Positions 19,581 to 28,888 of a DNA stretch of 64,000 nucleotides are shown in pieces. A model generated the notes under the pieces. It ran no database searches. It saw only the letters and a list, made by a program, of their open reading frames with translations, and was not told the DNA's origin. Location: the NCBI GenBank assembly GCA_944375765.1, contig CALWAR010000054.1, positions 4,535-68,534 on the forward strand, given 5' to 3'. The translations under genes and the position numbers were made by a program. The first letter of the stretch is position 1, and every line of letters begins with the position of its first letter. The DNA comes from an uncultured Mediterraneibacter sp. Its GTDB lineage: Bacteria; Bacillota; Clostridia; Lachnospirales; Lachnospiraceae.

Positions 19581-19609
19581 TTGATTGTGAAATTCAAAAA
19601 TGTTATAAT
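19581..19609 (+). promoter_or_regulatory. Promoter of the LysR-family gene
   Basis: TTGATT (19581-19586), a 17-nt spacer, then the extended -10 TGtTATAAT (19601-19609). Confidence 0.6.
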
Positions 19610-19628
19610 CTATAAATAATTTTTATAG
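19610..19628. promoter_or_regulatory. Inverted repeat CTATAAA-N5-TTTATAG (candidate LysR-type operator)
   Basis: A/T-rich dyad immediately downstream of the -10 box, in the divergent region between the ABC exporter and lysR. Confidence 0.4.
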
Positions 19629-19665
19629 TTTTTAATTAAATTTTTATTCAATTGGGAGGGATACC

Positions 19666-20532
19666 ATGAATACGGTACAGTTGGAGTGTTTTATCGCGGT
19701 GGCCGAACACCTGAATTTCTCAAAAGCATCCGAAGCGCTCCGGATCACCCAGCCGGCGGTCAGCCACCAGATCCGGGCGCTGGAGGAAGAGCTGGGCGTA
19801 AAGTTGTTCAGACGCACGAGTAAAAATGTCGCTCTCACACAGGAAGGTCTTGAATTTCTGCCGGATGCAGAACTCATCCTGAAAACCGCATTGTCCGCAA
19901 AGGAGAGGCTCGGGCAGCACGAACGCTTTCTCCCTTTTGAGATTGGCTGCCACAACCGCATGGAGATCAATCTGATGCCGCCGATACTAAGGGAGCTGGC
20001 CCGGGACTTTCCTCTGCTGCGTCCGGCCATTCAGCTCGTCCCCTTTCCGTCTCTTCTGAGCCTGGTGGAGAACAGGCAGCTCCACGCTGCTTTCGGCATA
20101 AAAGAAGAGCAGAAAAAGTCCTCTCTGTATTTCAGAGAACTCTGTTCTGCTCCTGTTGCCTGCCTGTGTTCCCCCACACATCCGCTGACGCGGCATGGAA
20201 CTCTTACAACAAAACAACTGTCCGGCAATTTTATCGCCTGTTCCCCCCGCCAGATCGCCGACCCGGTCTTCGCCGTCCAGAACAGTATCGTGACAAAGCT
20301 GCGGCCGGAACAGCGCTATTTTGCAGAGAATATGGAAAGCGCCATTACTCTTGTCAAAGCACAGCTCGGATATATGCTGTATCCCGACATCGTTCCGGCA
20401 AGGGAAGCCGATCTAAGCTACATACCGGTCGCAGATTTTCCAGGGATGTCTTTCGGCGTCTATTACAGGTATGACGACGATCACCCTGTCCTGCGCCGCT
20501 TTCTCAGACTGTGCGCGGAACTCCTGCAATAA
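19666..20532 (+). CDS. LysR-family transcriptional regulator
   Basis: N-terminal wHTH (FSKASEALRITQPAVSHQIRALEEELGVKLF). Length is 288 aa. Confidence 0.92.
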   Translation: MNTVQLECFIAVAEHLNFSKASEALRITQPAVSHQIRALEEELGVKLFRRTSKNVALTQEGLEFLPDAELILKTALSAKERLGQHERFLPFEIGCHNRMEINLMPPILRELARDFPLLRPAIQLVPFPSLLSLVENRQLHAAFGIKEEQKKSSLYFRELCSAPVACLCSPTHPLTRHGTLTTKQLSGNFIACSPRQIADPVFAVQNSIVTKLRPEQRYFAENMESAITLVKAQLGYMLYPDIVPAREADLSYIPVADFPGMSFGVYYRYDDDHPVLRRFLRLCAELLQ

Positions 20533-20538
20533 AAGCCC

Positions 20539-22359
20539 TTATACATTGAGAATCTTCATAAATTCATCTCCTGTGATCGTTTCTTTCTCATAGAGGTACT
20601 GAGCCAGTTCATCCAGTTTCTCCTTGTTACGGGCAAGGATGTCTGCCGCTTTTTTATGCTGGCGCTTCACCAGATCGACCACCTGGCGGTCAATCTCCGC
20701 CTGTGTTTCCGCAGAACAGCTCAGAGATGCGTCCCCGCCCAGATACTGGTTTGTCACTGTCTCCATCGCCACCATATCAAACTCCTTGCTCATTCCGTAC
20801 CGGGTGATCATGGAACGTGCCAGCTTTGTCGCCTGTTCGATATCGTTGGAAGCGCCGGTAGAGGACGAGTGGAATACAAGCTCCTCCGCCGCTCTTCCGC
20901 CGGTCAGCGTGGCGATCTTGTTCTCCAGTTCTTCCTGGCTCATCAGATAGTGATTGCCCTCTTCCACCTGCATCGTATATCCGAGAGCTCCGGAAGTGCG
21001 GGGCACGATCGTGATCTTCTGCACCGGCGCAGAGTTGCTCTGCTTCGCCGCTACAAGCGCATGGCCGATCTCGTGGTAAGCGACCACTTTCTTCTCCTGA
21101 TCGGTGAGGATCGAGTTCTTCTTCTGATACCCTGCGATGACGACCTCGATGCTCTCCTCAAGATCTGACTGTGTCACATAGTTTCTGTTCTCCCTCACTG
21201 CGCGCAGAGCGGCTTCATTAACGATATTGGCCAGTTCTGCCCCGGATGCTCCGGACGCCATGCGGGCGATCGCAGAGAAATCAACGCTCTCATCCAGTTT
21301 CACTTTCTTTGCGCGGACTTTCAGTATCTCCTCCCTGCCTTTTAGATCCGGCAGTTCTACCGGCACTCTCCGGTCGAACCTTCCCGGTCTTGTCAGCGCC
21401 GGATCCAGAGACTCCGGCCGGTTTGTCGCCGCCAGGATGATGACGCCGTTGTTTGACTCAAATCCGTCCATCTCTGTCAGAAGCTGATTGAGCGTCTGCT
21501 CCCTCTCGTCATTGCCGCCTGCGCGGCCGTCGCGCTTCTGTCCTATTGCGTCGATCTCATCGATAAACACGATACACGGCGCTTTTTCTTTTGCCTGCTT
21601 AAACAGATCTCTTACCTTGGACGCGCCCATTCCAACAAACATCTCTACAAACTCGGAGCCCGACATCGAGAAAAACGGTACATTGGACTCGCCTGCGACT
21701 GCTTTGGCCAGCATCGTCTTTCCGGTTCCGGGCGGTCCTACGAGCAGGATACCTTTTGGCATGGAGGCGCCGATCTCTCTGTATTTTCCCGGATTGTGGA
21801 GATAATCCACGATCTCCGAGAGATTCTCTTTCGCCTCATCCTCGCCTGCAACGTCCGAAAAGCGGATACCCTCCGAGGACTTCACATATATCTTCGCATT
21901 GCTCTTCCCCATTCCGAAGATCATGGAATCCGCCCCTCCTCCTGCGCGGTTCATCAGCTTTTTCTGCATGTACTGACCGATTCCGATAAATATCGCGATC
22001 GGAAGGATCCAGGACAGCAGAAATGTAATGACCGGCGACGTCTGCTCAACGATCAGACTTGAGAATTTCGCTCCCGCGTCATACAGTCTCTGTGTCAGTT
22101 CAGGATCGTTTACCATTCCGGTCTTGTAGATCGACTCTCCGGCTTTATCTGTAAACACGATCTCATTGTCCGGCTGGTCGATCTCTACCTGCCCGACGTC
22201 TTTTTCATCTATCATACTCATAAACGTCTCATAGCCGACTTCTTTAACTTGTCGCTCCGCCGCCCATGGCATAAGCAGAAAGTTAAACAGCAGCAGGACT
22301 GCCATTACGGCCACATAATAAGAAATAATCGGTTTTCTCGGTTTCTTTACTTCATTCAT
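20539..22359 (-). CDS. ftsH: ATP-dependent zinc metalloprotease FtsH (paralog 1)
   Basis: [17 protein letters not shown], the AAA second region of homology, and the HEIGHAL zinc motif. Confidence 0.95.
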   Translation of the reverse strand: MNEVKKPRKPIISYYVAVMAVLLLFNFLLMPWAAERQVKEVGYETFMSMIDEKDVGQVEIDQPDNEIVFTDKAGESIYKTGMVNDPELTQRLYDAGAKFSSLIVEQTSPVITFLLSWILPIAIFIGIGQYMQKKLMNRAGGGADSMIFGMGKSNAKIYVKSSEGIRFSDVAGEDEAKENLSEIVDYLHNPGKYREIGASMPKGILLVGPPGTGKTMLAKAVAGESNVPFFSMSGSEFVEMFVGMGASKVRDLFKQAKEKAPCIVFIDEIDAIGQKRDGRAGGNDEREQTLNQLLTEMDGFESNNGVIILAATNRPESLDPALTRPGRFDRRVPVELPDLKGREEILKVRAKKVKLDESVDFSAIARMASGASGAELANIVNEAALRAVRENRNYVTQSDLEESIEVVIAGYQKKNSILTDQEKKVVAYHEIGHALVAAKQSNSAPVQKITIVPRTSGALGYTMQVEEGNHYLMSQEELENKIATLTGGRAAEELVFHSSSTGASNDIEQATKLARSMITRYGMSKEFDMVAMETVTNQYLGGDASLSCSAETQAEIDRQVVDLVKRQHKKAADILARNKEKLDELAQYLYEKETITGDEFMKILNV

Positions 22360-22835
22360 TTTGTTTCCTCCTTGTCGGTTTCTGTGTTTCTTCCCTGGTC
22401 ACAGCCGCTGCTTTCCATGTGCTTTTGTCTGTCCAGGGCCGTCAGAGCGGAGATCAGCGCCTGCTGCATGGCAAGCGTCGCAAAATCCATAGCGAACTCC
22501 GCGTACAGAAAAGCGGCCTCTTTTTCATCCTGATCCCGGGTGCTGTCCTCACAATGAAGATCCTGTATGATCTGATCTTTCATCATCCCGCCGATCTTCT
22601 CTCTGTATTCAAGCTGTGCCTGAGCCAGTTTTGTCACGGCAGGCGAGCGGCACACTTTCGCTTTTTCTTCCAGCATCAGAGTGTTTTCCATATACTCGTC
22701 TTCCGCTTTTTCAAGCTCTGAGCGGATCTTATTCCCGTCTCCCTGCTCACATATACGTATCCTGCACTGCAGCCTGCCATATTGCTGTTCCATTTCATAC
22801 AGTTTAACTGCAAATACACTTTCATCAATATTCAT
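22356..22835 (-). CDS. Hypothetical helical protein, translationally coupled to FtsH paralog 1
   Basis: 159-aa ORF whose TGA stop overlaps the ftsH ATG (ATGA). No family recognised. Confidence 0.55.
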   Translation of the reverse strand: MNIDESVFAVKLYEMEQQYGRLQCRIRICEQGDGNKIRSELEKAEDEYMENTLMLEEKAKVCRSPAVTKLAQAQLEYREKIGGMMKDQIIQDLHCEDSTRDQDEKEAAFLYAEFAMDFATLAMQQALISALTALDRQKHMESSGCDQGRNTETDKEETK

Positions 22836-23058
22836 AGAAAGATGTCCTCCTCTCTCCGGCCTTGCCTTAATGCTTACATCTTTATATATAACAGACGGGG
22901 GAAATAATTTCGACTCTCAGATTTTTAAATCTGTATTGACAGAATGGGAAAGTTGTAAACAAGACTGACAGATCCTGATGTCTGGCGCCTGTCTGATCGT
23001 CATTGCGGCCGCTCTTCTGGCATAAGCGACCGGAATACGCAAAAACAGAGTTATAAAG

Positions 23059-23088
23059 CAGGAGGCGGATCCTGATATCCGCCTCCTG
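23059..23088 (-). terminator. Hairpin terminator downstream of the argF-tetR unit
   Basis: 12-bp stem, CAGGAGGCGGAT / ATCCGCCTCCTG. Confidence 0.5.
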
Positions 23089-23164
23089 ACATATCTTTTG
23101 TATTCACTGTTTTCTCTCATCTTTCTTTTCCGGGGAACATCTTTCCGGTAATGATCTTCTTCAT

Positions 23165-23659
23165 CTATGCGATAAGTCTCTCTTCATTCATATGCGGTTT
23201 CCCGATATAATGCAGGAGGACGCCTGTCATCCCTGATGCATAGAATCTCAGCATCACTTTCATATCCTCATAACTGATCTCTATATCCGGCATCTTGTGG
23301 CGTGCCATCGCATCCAGATAGACCATGGCAGAATCTGTAAGCATACTTTCAATCTGCACCCATCTGCGCGTGTACAGCAGTCGTTCCAGCTTCGCCTTGT
23401 TCTTTCTTATAAAACCGGCGAATTCTTTGAGCGCCACGATATCGTCTTCGGCTTCCAGGATTCTCTTTGACAGTTCCTCAGTCGCCTGCCTGAACGTCCA
23501 TTCGAGGACATCCATGATATCCTTGAAATGATAGTAAAATGTCTGGCGGGAAATATGGCATTCCCCGATCAGCTTCGTCACTGTTATCTTGTCTATATCT
23601 TCCTTGTCTATCATCCGGGAAAAGGTCTCTGCGATTACTGCTTTCATGTCCTCTCTCAT
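23165..23659 (-). CDS. TetR/AcrR-family transcriptional regulator
   Basis: N-terminal HTH (ITVTKLIGECHISRQTFYYHFKD). 164 aa. It starts 4 nt after the argF stop. Confidence 0.85.
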   Translation of the reverse strand: MREDMKAVIAETFSRMIDKEDIDKITVTKLIGECHISRQTFYYHFKDIMDVLEWTFRQATEELSKRILEAEDDIVALKEFAGFIRKNKAKLERLLYTRRWVQIESMLTDSAMVYLDAMARHKMPDIEISYEDMKVMLRFYASGMTGVLLHYIGKPHMNEERLIA

Positions 23660-23662
23660 GTG

Positions 23663-24658
23663 TTACTCTATGATCCCCAGAGTGGCCATCATGACCGCCT
23701 TGATCGTATGCATCCGGTTTTCCGCTTCGTCGAATACCTTTGACTGTTTTGACTCGAATACCTCATCAGTCACTTCCATGTCCCTGATACCAAACCGCTC
23801 TCCCATCTTTTTTCCTATTGTTGTTTTCAGATCGTGGAAAGCCGGAAGGCAGTGCAGGAAGATCGCGCTCTCCTTTGCATTTGCCATCACATCTTTCGTC
23901 ACTTTGTACGGAGAAAGCTCCCTGATCCTCTTCTCCCACACCTCGTCCGGTTCTCCCATAGATACCCAGACGTCTGTATAGATAACGTCTGCATCTTTCG
24001 TCCCTTCACTAACATCTGACGTCAGTGTGATCGAAGCGCCGGATGCTTCTGCGTATTCCCGGCACTGTGCGACCAGGTCTCCGTCAGGAAAATATGCTTC
24101 CGTTGTGCACGCCACAAAGTCAAGTCCCAGCTTGGAGCACGCCACCATCAGAGAATTGCCCATATTGAAGCGGGCGTCACCCATGTATACAAGCTTCAGA
24201 CCTTTCAGAACACCGAAATGTTCGCGTATCGTCAACATATCGGCAAGCATCTGAGTCGGATGGTACTCATTGGTCAGGCCGTTCCATACCGGCACTCCCG
24301 CATATTCGGCCAGCTCTTCCACAATGTCCTGTCCAAAGCCCCGGTACTCGATTCCGTCATACATCCTGCCAAGCACCCTGGCCGTATCCTCGATACTTTC
24401 TTTCTTTCCCATCTGAGAACCCGTCGGTCCAAGATATGTCGTTCCCATCCCCATGTCATGAGCCGCCACCTCGAAAGCACAGCGCGTCCTCGTACTGTCT
24501 TTCTCAAATATAAGCGCCACGTTCTTTCCTTTATAAGCGTCGACCGGCACTCCTTTTTTCTTTTTCTCTTTTACCTCGGCTGAAAGATCGAGCAGATATG
24601 TGATCTCCTCCGGTGTAAAATCTTTTAATGTCAGAAAGCTGCGTCCTTTTAAATCCAT
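23663..24658 (-). CDS. argF: Ornithine carbamoyltransferase
   Basis: [17 protein letters not shown] and HCLPAFHD motifs. 331 aa. Confidence 0.93.
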   Translation of the reverse strand: MDLKGRSFLTLKDFTPEEITYLLDLSAEVKEKKKKGVPVDAYKGKNVALIFEKDSTRTRCAFEVAAHDMGMGTTYLGPTGSQMGKKESIEDTARVLGRMYDGIEYRGFGQDIVEELAEYAGVPVWNGLTNEYHPTQMLADMLTIREHFGVLKGLKLVYMGDARFNMGNSLMVACSKLGLDFVACTTEAYFPDGDLVAQCREYAEASGASITLTSDVSEGTKDADVIYTDVWVSMGEPDEVWEKRIRELSPYKVTKDVMANAKESAIFLHCLPAFHDLKTTIGKKMGERFGIRDMEVTDEVFESKQSKVFDEAENRMHTIKAVMMATLGIIE

Positions 24659-24696
24659 TGTATATCCCTCGCTATCTTCGTTGATCCATATGAGTC

Positions 24697-24725
24697 ATTA
24701 TATATAAAGATGCATAAAAATGCAA
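24697..24725 (-). promoter_or_regulatory. argF promoter
   Basis: On the minus strand: TTGCAT (24725-24720), a 17-nt spacer, then TATAAT (24702-24697). Confidence 0.6.
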
Positions 24726-24745
24726 TACTTATGCATAAAATTACA
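24711..24745. promoter_or_regulatory. Two tandem ARG-box-like palindromes (ArgR/AhrC operator)
   Basis: TGCATAAAAATGCA (24711-24724) and TGCATAAAATTACA (24732-24745) start 21 bp apart. They overlap the -35 box and spacer of the argF promoter. Confidence 0.6.
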
Positions 24746-25568
24746 TCTCTGTCGAAATGTCTGCCTGATGCCTCCGCTGCCTGCTTACCTCAAACATGAG
24801 CACTGCCGCCGCCACCCCGGCATTTAAAGACTCTGCCTCGCCGTGCATAGGTATAACGACGCGGTGATCCGCGCACTCCGCAACTTCTTTCCGCAGCCCA
24901 TTGCCCTCATTTCCGATGAGAAATGCGCAGCCCGAAGTATAGTCCTCCTCGTCATATGTCCTGTCTCCGGACAGATCGGCCGCAAACACGCGGAGTCCCG
25001 TCTGTTTCAGTTCATCGATTGTTCCAATAAGATCCTCTACATACAGGAACGGCATCCTGAGGACAGCTCCCATTGTAGAGCGCACTACTTTCGGGTTGTA
25101 GACGTCAACGCAGTCTCTGCTCAGGATGATCCCCGTTGCACCTGCCGCTTCAGCAGTCCGAAAGATCGTTCCCAGATTCCCCGGATCCTGCAGATCTTCC
25201 AGAACAGCCACGTGAGCATGCGCTGCGTCCGTTCCTAAGATATCATTCATCGTGTATTCCCTTTGCCTTACGACCGCCAGTATTCCCTGCGGTGTTTTTG
25301 TGTCGGATACATGAGCGAACACCGGATCAGCCAGTATCTCTGCCTGCGCGCAGCGTCTGAGTTCTTCCTGTTCTTTTTTGTTCCTGTCAGCATAACTTTC
25401 TGACAGATATATCTTCGAGATCCTTCCGCGCCAGTCGGGATCGCGGGCCAGTTCCCCCGCCATGCGAGGACCTTCCACAAGGAATACGCGGGCTTCGTTG
25501 CGGGCCCGGCTCTTTCTCATCAGTCTGACCAGATCTTTCACCTGGGAGTTGGCATTGCTGGTGATCAT
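24741..25568 (-). CDS. TrmH/SpoU-family RNA 2'-O-methyltransferase (RlmB-like)
   Basis: LEDLQDPGNLGTIFRTAEAAG and IGNEGNGL motifs. Confidence 0.85.
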   Translation of the reverse strand: MITSNANSQVKDLVRLMRKSRARNEARVFLVEGPRMAGELARDPDWRGRISKIYLSESYADRNKKEQEELRRCAQAEILADPVFAHVSDTKTPQGILAVVRQREYTMNDILGTDAAHAHVAVLEDLQDPGNLGTIFRTAEAAGATGIILSRDCVDVYNPKVVRSTMGAVLRMPFLYVEDLIGTIDELKQTGLRVFAADLSGDRTYDEEDYTSGCAFLIGNEGNGLRKEVAECADHRVVIPMHGEAESLNAGVAAAVLMFEVSRQRRHQADISTEM

Positions 25569-26230
25569 TATCTGTGCCCTTTCTTTGCGTCAAACTTCTG
25601 CAGGATATCGTTTGATCCGACCAGGATAAGTACCCCGTCAGAGGGCAGCGGCGCCTGGGGATCATATGCCACGTCTACCTGCTTATCGATGATGATCCCT
25701 ATCACATTGATGCCAAAGCGCTCTCTTACTTTCAGATCTGCAAGACACTTCCCGCGCCAGGGTTCCGGCACGGCCGCCTCGACCATGCTGTAGTTTTCCG
25801 AAAGCTCTATCCAGTCCATAAATTCCCGTGCAGCCAGGTTCTTCGCCACGCGGCTTCCCATATCGATCTCCGGATATACTACCATGTCTGCGCCTACTTT
25901 CTTAAGAATTGTTCCCTGCAGGTCATCTTTTGCTTTTGCAACGACAAGAGGGATTCCCATCTCTTTGCACAGCAGCGTCGCCATAATGCTGGCCTCAAAA
26001 TTCTCAGACACAGCAATCACAGCCCCGTCCAGATCCCTGCCGCCCAGTGTCTGCAGCGCCTCGGGATCTGTGACGTCCGCTTTCACCGCGTATGAGACCT
26101 GCTCTGAGATCTCCTGGATCTTCTCATAAGAATCGTCTGCTACAAGCACATCACACCCCATCTTCTCAAGCGTCAGCGCAACGCTCCATCCAAAACTCCC
26201 AAGTCCAAGTACTGCAAATTGTTTACTCAT
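25568..26230 (-). CDS. trkA: Potassium uptake protein, NAD-binding subunit (TrkA/KtrA)
   Basis: Rossmann GLGSFG N-terminus with TrkA-N plus TrkA-C architecture. 220 aa. Confidence 0.88.
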   Translation of the reverse strand: MSKQFAVLGLGSFGWSVALTLEKMGCDVLVADDSYEKIQEISEQVSYAVKADVTDPEALQTLGGRDLDGAVIAVSENFEASIMATLLCKEMGIPLVVAKAKDDLQGTILKKVGADMVVYPEIDMGSRVAKNLAAREFMDWIELSENYSMVEAAVPEPWRGKCLADLKVRERFGINVIGIIIDKQVDVAYDPQAPLPSDGVLILVGSNDILQKFDAKKGHR

Positions 26231-26297
26231 TTTTTCACTCTCCCGTCTGATATGATACAGATTTATTTTTCAGTTCTTAACTCTCGGTAAAAGCAGA

Positions 26298-27695
26298 TCA
26301 TCCGAGCATGATCTTTTTCTCAGGAAGCTCCCTGAACTTATCGCTCTTATTCGTCTTTCCTGCAAGTACGAGCGCCATCGTAAGAGGCCCTATCCTGCCG
26401 ATATACATAAGGATCATCAATACGGCATGGCTGGCACGGCTCAGGTGCGACGTCAGATCCGCCGAGAGTCCTACCGTTCCGATGGCCGAAGACGCTTCGT
26501 ACATCAGATTAAGGAACTCTGTCTTCGGATCAAAGACAGACATTGCGGCTACCCCTGCAAGCCAGCATGTAAATGTAATAACTGTGATCGTCAGCCCCGA
26601 CCGCACGATATCCATCTCGATACGTCTGCCGAAGCACTCCGTATCTCTGCGTCCCCGGAGAACAGACAGAACCGTCAGGAGCAGCATTGCCGCCGTCGTC
26701 GTCTTGATACCGCCTGCCGTACCCGCCGGGGAGCCTCCCACAAACATCAGGATACAGCCCAGCAGTCTGGAGCTCTCAGTGAGTCCCGACTGGGAGACTG
26801 ACGCAAAACCTGCGGTACGCGTCGTCACCGACTGGAATGCCGACGCCAGCACTTTTTCCGGCACGCTCATATCTTTCATTGTCTCCGGGTTGTTAAATTC
26901 CAGCAGGAAAAACCCGACTGTTCCAAACAGGATCAAAAACACCGTCATCGTAAGGACGATCTTGCTCTGCAGCCCCAGTCTGGTGAATATTCTCCTCCTT
27001 GCTCCTTTCTCCCCGGCCCCTTTCTTCGCTGTCACATAGATGTCATGCCATACGGGAAAGCCGAGCCCTCCCATCACAATAAGGAACATCGTGGTCAGGC
27101 TGACAAGCGGCGAGTCTGCATATCTGATAAAACTGCTGTCTCCTATAATATCGATCCCCGCATTGCAGAAGCCGGATATAGAATGAAAGATGCCGTACCA
27201 GACGCCCTTTATCACACCGAACTCAGGGACAAACTGAACAGAATAAAGTACTGCTCCGATCCCTTCCACGATGAATGTCCCGCGCAGGATGCGGATGATA
27301 AACTTTACAAGGCCGGAGAGTGTGTCCAGTCCGTACGCCTCCTGGATCAGGATCCTTCCTTTCATGGATATCCGTTTCCCCAGGATCAGGAAAAACGAAG
27401 CCATACACGCGATCACTCCGAGTCCGCCGATCTGGATCAGCAGGAGCATCACGATCTGCCCCGCCAGCGTGAACTGCTCCGCCGGCACAACCGTCACGAG
27501 TCCTGTCACGCATACCGAGGTCACTGACGTAAACAGCGCGTCAATAAATGCGATCGGCTGCCGGTTGCACACCGGGAGCCACAGCAGCACCCCGCCCAAA
27601 AAGATCACTCCGAAAAAGCCCAGGGCTACGATCTGCATCGTATTTAGTCTGACTCTTCGCGGGCTCTTTGTTCTTCTGTCCATAATACCCTCCAT
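26298..27695 (-). CDS. trkH: Potassium transporter membrane subunit (TrkH/KtrB family)
   Basis: 465-aa polytopic protein with repeated pore-loop GxG-type segments. It lies adjacent to trkA. Confidence 0.88.
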   Translation of the reverse strand: MEGIMDRRTKSPRRVRLNTMQIVALGFFGVIFLGGVLLWLPVCNRQPIAFIDALFTSVTSVCVTGLVTVVPAEQFTLAGQIVMLLLIQIGGLGVIACMASFFLILGKRISMKGRILIQEAYGLDTLSGLVKFIIRILRGTFIVEGIGAVLYSVQFVPEFGVIKGVWYGIFHSISGFCNAGIDIIGDSSFIRYADSPLVSLTTMFLIVMGGLGFPVWHDIYVTAKKGAGEKGARRRIFTRLGLQSKIVLTMTVFLILFGTVGFFLLEFNNPETMKDMSVPEKVLASAFQSVTTRTAGFASVSQSGLTESSRLLGCILMFVGGSPAGTAGGIKTTTAAMLLLTVLSVLRGRRDTECFGRRIEMDIVRSGLTITVITFTCWLAGVAAMSVFDPKTEFLNLMYEASSAIGTVGLSADLTSHLSRASHAVLMILMYIGRIGPLTMALVLAGKTNKSDKFRELPEKKIMLG

Positions 27696-27851
27696 ATCTT
27701 CTCCTGCATCTTCTGTAAAACATGTCTACGGTCTCCATCTTATCACAGAGCTATGGAAGATTCAATTTGAGGATTCCGTTCTGAGCATTCCTTTGCAGAT
27801 TCTTAACTCAGGTTTATATCTGTTGCCGTTCAAAAGGGAGCCGCCCGGCGC

Positions 27852-28415
27852 TCATGTTTTTGCGGTTTCTGCACATGTTTCCCGCCTGCGCCGGCAAAGC
27901 AGCCTCACAGCCGTCAGCAGCAGCAGACCGGACAGCGCACCCGCACTGTCCAGCAGTACGTCTGATATCTGGCCGCTCCTTCCCGGCACAAAAAGCTGAT
28001 GGAACTCATCTGTCGCAGCATACGCCGCTGCGATCGCCCATGGGAGGAACAGCTCCCTGACGATTTCTCCCGGTCTGCTTTTCATATTCCTGTCATATCT
28101 GACTTCTTCCGGCATTGCCTTTTCATCTCTCCGGCTCGCAGACGCCGGTATACATACCCCTGCTGCCAGAAGTCCCAGTACTGCATACTCCGCCGCATGG
28201 GCTGTTTTTCGCACCGGATGATCGATCTTCCCGGCAAACGCCTGCTGTTCCTCCTCACTCCACTCGTCAAATCCCGGTATAAAAAGATCTCCAACTATAG
28301 TCCCTGCAAAATAACTGTCCTCGGTTGATTCACTTCCGGAGCGCGAGGAAAACGCAAAAATGCCGGCCATCCACAATAACATCAGTATAAAAAATACTCT
28401 TCTCCTCATGTTCAT
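27852..28415 (-). CDS. VanZ-family membrane protein
   Basis: RKTAHAAEYAVLGLL and FVPGRSGQISDVLLDSAGAL motifs. Confidence 0.8.
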   Translation of the reverse strand: MNMRRRVFFILMLLWMAGIFAFSSRSGSESTEDSYFAGTIVGDLFIPGFDEWSEEEQQAFAGKIDHPVRKTAHAAEYAVLGLLAAGVCIPASASRRDEKAMPEEVRYDRNMKSRPGEIVRELFLPWAIAAAYAATDEFHQLFVPGRSGQISDVLLDSAGALSGLLLLTAVRLLCRRRRETCAETAKT

Positions 28416-28562
28416 CTCTCTGCACCATCTGTCTTCATAACAACTCCTGGGATCTTTTTCGATTATACTCTTTAATCGCCGCTTTGTATATCTATGTATT
28501 CCATTATGTTTTCTGAATTTTCTGTATATTTTAATTTTTTATATTTTTTATCAGATTTTATG

Positions 28563-28591
28563 TTGACATTCTTTCTGTTATGAGTTATTAT
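28563..28591 (+). promoter_or_regulatory. Strong sigma-A-like promoter with no annotated downstream gene
   Basis: TTGACA (28563-28568), a 17-nt spacer, then TATTAT (28586-28591; TATAAT also lies 3 nt further on). The upstream tract is A/T-rich. Confidence 0.5.
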
Positions 28592-28792
28592 AATAACATC
28601 AAAAGAAAGAAAAATAAAGAAAAGGAGGACGGACCACCAAAAACTTAATTCAGACTCCAATAATATTTAAGAAAAGAGGTATAGTCCAATGGGAAAGTAA
28701 ACAAAATCCGAAAACACTATTCAATGAATAGTTTTACATAGATAAGAAACTAAATAAAGGAGGCACGATCCAATGGATGTAATAAGCTGAAA

Positions 28793-28831
28793 ATCCACTG
28801 TACGAAAAGGAATTCGATACAGTGGATTTTT
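28793..28831. terminator. Rho-independent terminator (possibly bidirectional)
   Basis: ATCCACTGTA / TACAGTGGAT stem, extended by CGAA/TTCG, followed by TTTTTATT on the plus strand. An AAAA run lies on the other side. Confidence 0.7.
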
Positions 28832-28888
28832 ATTATGTCTTACAATTGACTCCTGACATATTTGATCATCTTCCCAGGAACCAACAGA

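Noticed and set aside
27696-27851. Possible c-di-AMP (ydaO/kimA-type) riboswitch upstream of trkH/trkA.
   Set aside because: The gap is only about 150 nt, and part of it is the vanZ terminator. I could not find the characteristic conserved G-rich segments (GGGGA or ACGGGG type).
28472-28660. 62-aa minus-strand ORF with a hydrophobic stretch in the A/T-rich gap.
   Set aside because: It has a TTG start with no SD. Its composition is driven by A/T-rich DNA (Lys/Ile/Phe/Asn), and it overlaps the plus-strand promoter-like region. There is no support for coding.
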